Part shown: positions 61,407-64,000 of the stretch, piece by piece
Numbering within the stretch: the first letter of the stretch is position 1
Layout of the letters: each line of letters opens with the position of its first letter
Origin: Histomonas meleagridis 2922-C6/04-290x
Taxonomy: Eukaryota > Protista > Parabasalia
Direction: 5' to 3'
NCBI GenBank assembly: GCA_020184695.1
Contig: JAANOX010000047.1
Location: 124,001-188,000 of the forward strand
DNA length: 64,000 nt
Notes under the pieces: model-generated
Told to the model about the DNA's origin: nothing
Database searches by the model: none
What the model saw: only the letters and a program-made list of their open reading frames with translations
Program-made: the position numbers and the translations under genes

Positions 61407-62131
61407 TAAAAATAAAAAAATCCTTTTGAAAAAAGACGTTAAATATTTGGACCGGCAAAACCGTCGTGTGGCGGTTATTCCATTGAATTCAAATTTAAAT
61501 TTTTTTGAACAACTGAATAAAAATATTCGAAATGCGTTGAAGAATTTGGTGGAACTTCTTCAAGGAAATTCAAGAAATCAGGATTAAAGAAAACGTCTTG
61601 TAAAGTTTCTTGATTTTTTTCATGAAGATAATCGAAAAGATTGGAAAAACAATAAAACAAATCTTCGACCAAATCAAATGACATTGATGGATAAAATGAT
61701 GTTAACAACGAAATAAAATCTTCTTCGAAAAAGAGTTTTAAATCTTCTTCATCTAAATAAGTTGCAATTACAATCCATTATTTTTTAATTACAAATGATT
61801 ATTTTATTCATTTTATCAAATCATATTATAAAATATTTTAATTGATTTGTAGTGTTGAAATTTTTTTAATATTAATGCCTTTTATGTTCAGTTGCTAAAA
61901 TAAATGTATAAAATAATTTAAATAATTTCCAAATACAGATGAAAATGTTTTGATTGATTTAATCAACAATGTGTAATTAATTTGTTTTTTCAATTCATTC
62001 TGTAGTTTTTTAGAATAGATTTTGATAAAATATGGAAAATTTACTATTTTAAGATCGAATTAATTCAAGTAAAAGATAAGAGTCATAAATTTAAAAAAAA
62101 AAAATGTTATATTAAAAATGTTAATAAAATT

Positions 62132-64000
62132 TTATTTATTTTGATCATCAAAAAACGAATCCAAATCTCTTTGCAAAAACGGCTCCAAATTTTCTTTAAT
62201 TTCGGCATACATTTGTGTTAACTTTAATATTTGAGTTGGTTTAAAATTATGCAAAATGTCCAACAAATATTTGGACAGTTCATTTCTTTGTTCGACCTTC
62301 TTATCAAACAGTATAAGCGCGAGTTTGAAATTTGCGGGATCTACACATTTATCAGGTACATCCAAATTTTGGGGTATTACACCACTTTCGATAACTTCGA
62401 TTATAGTTTTTGAAAGAGTACAATACCGGCTACGTAAAAGTCGATTAATCACAGATGTAAATAAAACCGATTCAGAAGCTTGATCTGGAAACAGTTGTAT
62501 GAATATGATACTTTCGTCACCATCATAACTTAAATTCATGAATTTTGTTAAAATTTCATCGTTTATATATTGTCGAAGATTATCATCATATGATACTAGA
62601 TATGAAGTCACACGCATAAAGTTAGTTAAGATCCTTTCGTCTGTAATATTTGTAAGGTTTTCCATGATTTTTGGGAAAATTGTTGACATTGAAAATGGTG
62701 CAGAAAAACACATTTGCGGTAAAATATCAGAATATTCATTGAAGTATTCGATATAATCAAATCCTTTTAATATGTGTGATACGAACACATTGAATAATGT
62801 ATTTTCTTCGATATATTTTGGCCGAATTAAATTCGGCTTTAGAATTCTTTGGTTTATATAATTAACGGTCACCGGGTCAGGGTTTTGTATCAATTTTTGA
62901 ATTACATTTACGGTTTTGGCCCTAATTTCATCGTTATCATTAAACAACAAAAATTGAAGATTTTCATCCAAGAACTCAGGATTAAAAGAAGTGTTTTCAG
63001 TTTTAGGGACAAAGTTATTATAATTTGTTGGTAAGTTCTCCAATGAAGCTATTATATCTGGTTGAATAGCATTTGTATTCAATATTAACATCATGAAATA
63101 TTCTGAATGTTTAAATATATCTATTAAACGATTTATAACTTCTTGATCGAACAACATTGAAATTGGCTGAATGTAACCTTTAATCAGAACCAAATCCTTT
63201 AAAATTTTGAACACGGAATCACCTGCGCTTCTAATTTCATTTTTAATTAGTCGTAAGTCTTCTTTTGTTATATTTAATGAAATGTATTGTACCATTTGAG
63301 TTAATATGTCCACTTCATTCTCCCAATCGATTTCAAGGTTTTGAGCAGCATTCGATATAACTTGGAAAGCTAAAGAAACTGATTTTCGAGATGAATTATA
63401 ATTTAACATTTCCAATATTATCGAAGTTGGTAAAGAAGAATCATTAATTTGTTCTAACGCATATAATATTATTGATGTTATATTTGAATAAGCAAATTCT
63501 GATAATTTAATTAAACTTGAAAGTGATTTCCCAACGTTATCTTGTATATAATCAAAGAAATATTTACATGATTCATAAGATGTTAAAATATTTTGTGTTA
63601 AGAAATCTTTCCATTCATTAGATAATTCTTCATCAATTATCGCTATTTTGAAAAATACATTTATCGATAACGAAATTGTTTCATTGTTATGATATGTAAT
63701 TGATAAATTATGTATGAAATGAATGAAATGTCTCGAATAAAAGAAGATTGATGGCCAAGTTTTTGCGTTATCTTTGTTGATTGTCAATTCGAATTGTTGT
63801 GGGATTTCAATATAATCATTAGCTTGAAGATTAGATCTTCGATAAAATAACAAATAAGCTGTTGGTATATTTGAGTTATTTTTTGTTATTTCATTTGAGG
63901 GAATACCAAATGAACATTTCGGAATTTCAGAGATATCAAATGGTAATATTTGTGTGTCATCACATATAAACCAACCTTTGTTATCACCATTAACTATCGC
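62132..64000 (-). CDS. 3' part of a large USP (C19) ubiquitin C-terminal hydrolase
   Basis: Frame stays open to the window edge: AIVNGDNKGWFICDDTQILPF...FG...TAYLLFYRR, typical of the end of a USP catalytic domain. Confidence 0.8.
   Translation of the reverse strand, partial: AIVNGDNKGWFICDDTQILPFDISEIPKCSFGIPSNEITKNNSNIPTAYLLFYRRSNLQANDYIEIPQQFELTINKDNAKTWPSIFFYSRHFIHFIHNLSITYHNNETISLSINVFFKIAIIDEELSNEWKDFLTQNILTSYESCKYFFDYIQDNVGKSLSSLIKLSEFAYSNITSIILYALEQINDSSLPTSIILEMLNYNSSRKSVSLAFQVISNAAQNLEIDWENEVDILTQMVQYISLNITKEDLRLIKNEIRSAGDSVFKILKDLVLIKGYIQPISMLFDQEVINRLIDIFKHSEYFMMLILNTNAIQPDIIASLENLPTNYNNFVPKTENTSFNPEFLDENLQFLLFNDNDEIRAKTVNVIQKLIQNPDPVTVNYINQRILKPNLIRPKYIEENTLFNVFVSHILKGFDYIEYFNEYSDILPQMCFSAPFSMSTIFPKIMENLTNITDERILTNFMRVTSYLVSYDDNLRQYINDEILTKFMNLSYDGDESIIFIQLFPDQASESVLFTSVINRLLRSRYCTLSKTIIEVIESGVIPQNLDVPDKCVDPANFKLALILFDKKVEQRNELSKYLLDILHNFKPTQILKLTQMYAEIKENLEPFLQRDLDSFFDDQNK

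Overview
AT-rich eukaryotic DNA with no canonical GT-AG introns detected, most likely from a parabasalid protist (Trichomonas/Histomonas/Tritrichomonas-like). This is inferred from BspA-type LRR remnants, DUF3447-like ankyrin genes, an M5-type CCTTT promoter element and the transposon spectrum. Housekeeping genes include two Rab GTPases, RPS20, a PQ-loop transporter, an AP sigma subunit, TRM1, an HMG-box protein, an L-type lectin, a METTL18/HPM1-like methyltransferase, the 3' end of a USP deubiquitinase, and tRNA-Met. Between them lie a ~3 kb palindromic gene duplication, a 5.2 kb Maverick/Polinton-like relic (310-320 bp TIRs, 5 bp TSD), and a cluster of decayed DNA transposons (Merlin, pogo, Tc1-like, IS481-like). 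The most striking structure is three ankyrin loci (41.4-44.4 kb +, 51.1-54.6 kb -, 56.2-59.9 kb +) plus a relic at 11.2-11.6 kb. In each, an N-terminal DUF3447-like ORF is followed by 11-15 single-ankyrin cassettes on a 170-nt period. Each period is a stop-free 90-nt coding core plus an 80-nt AT-rich, frame-breaking spacer lacking GT-AG/ACTAAC intron signals. The cores show synonymous variation and hypervariability at the ankyrin binding-surface positions, and one array ends in a proper capping repeat and stop codon. This suggests a functional cassette system decoded by non-canonical splicing, ribosomal bypassing or DNA-level assembly. The mechanism and novelty cannot be established from sequence alone.
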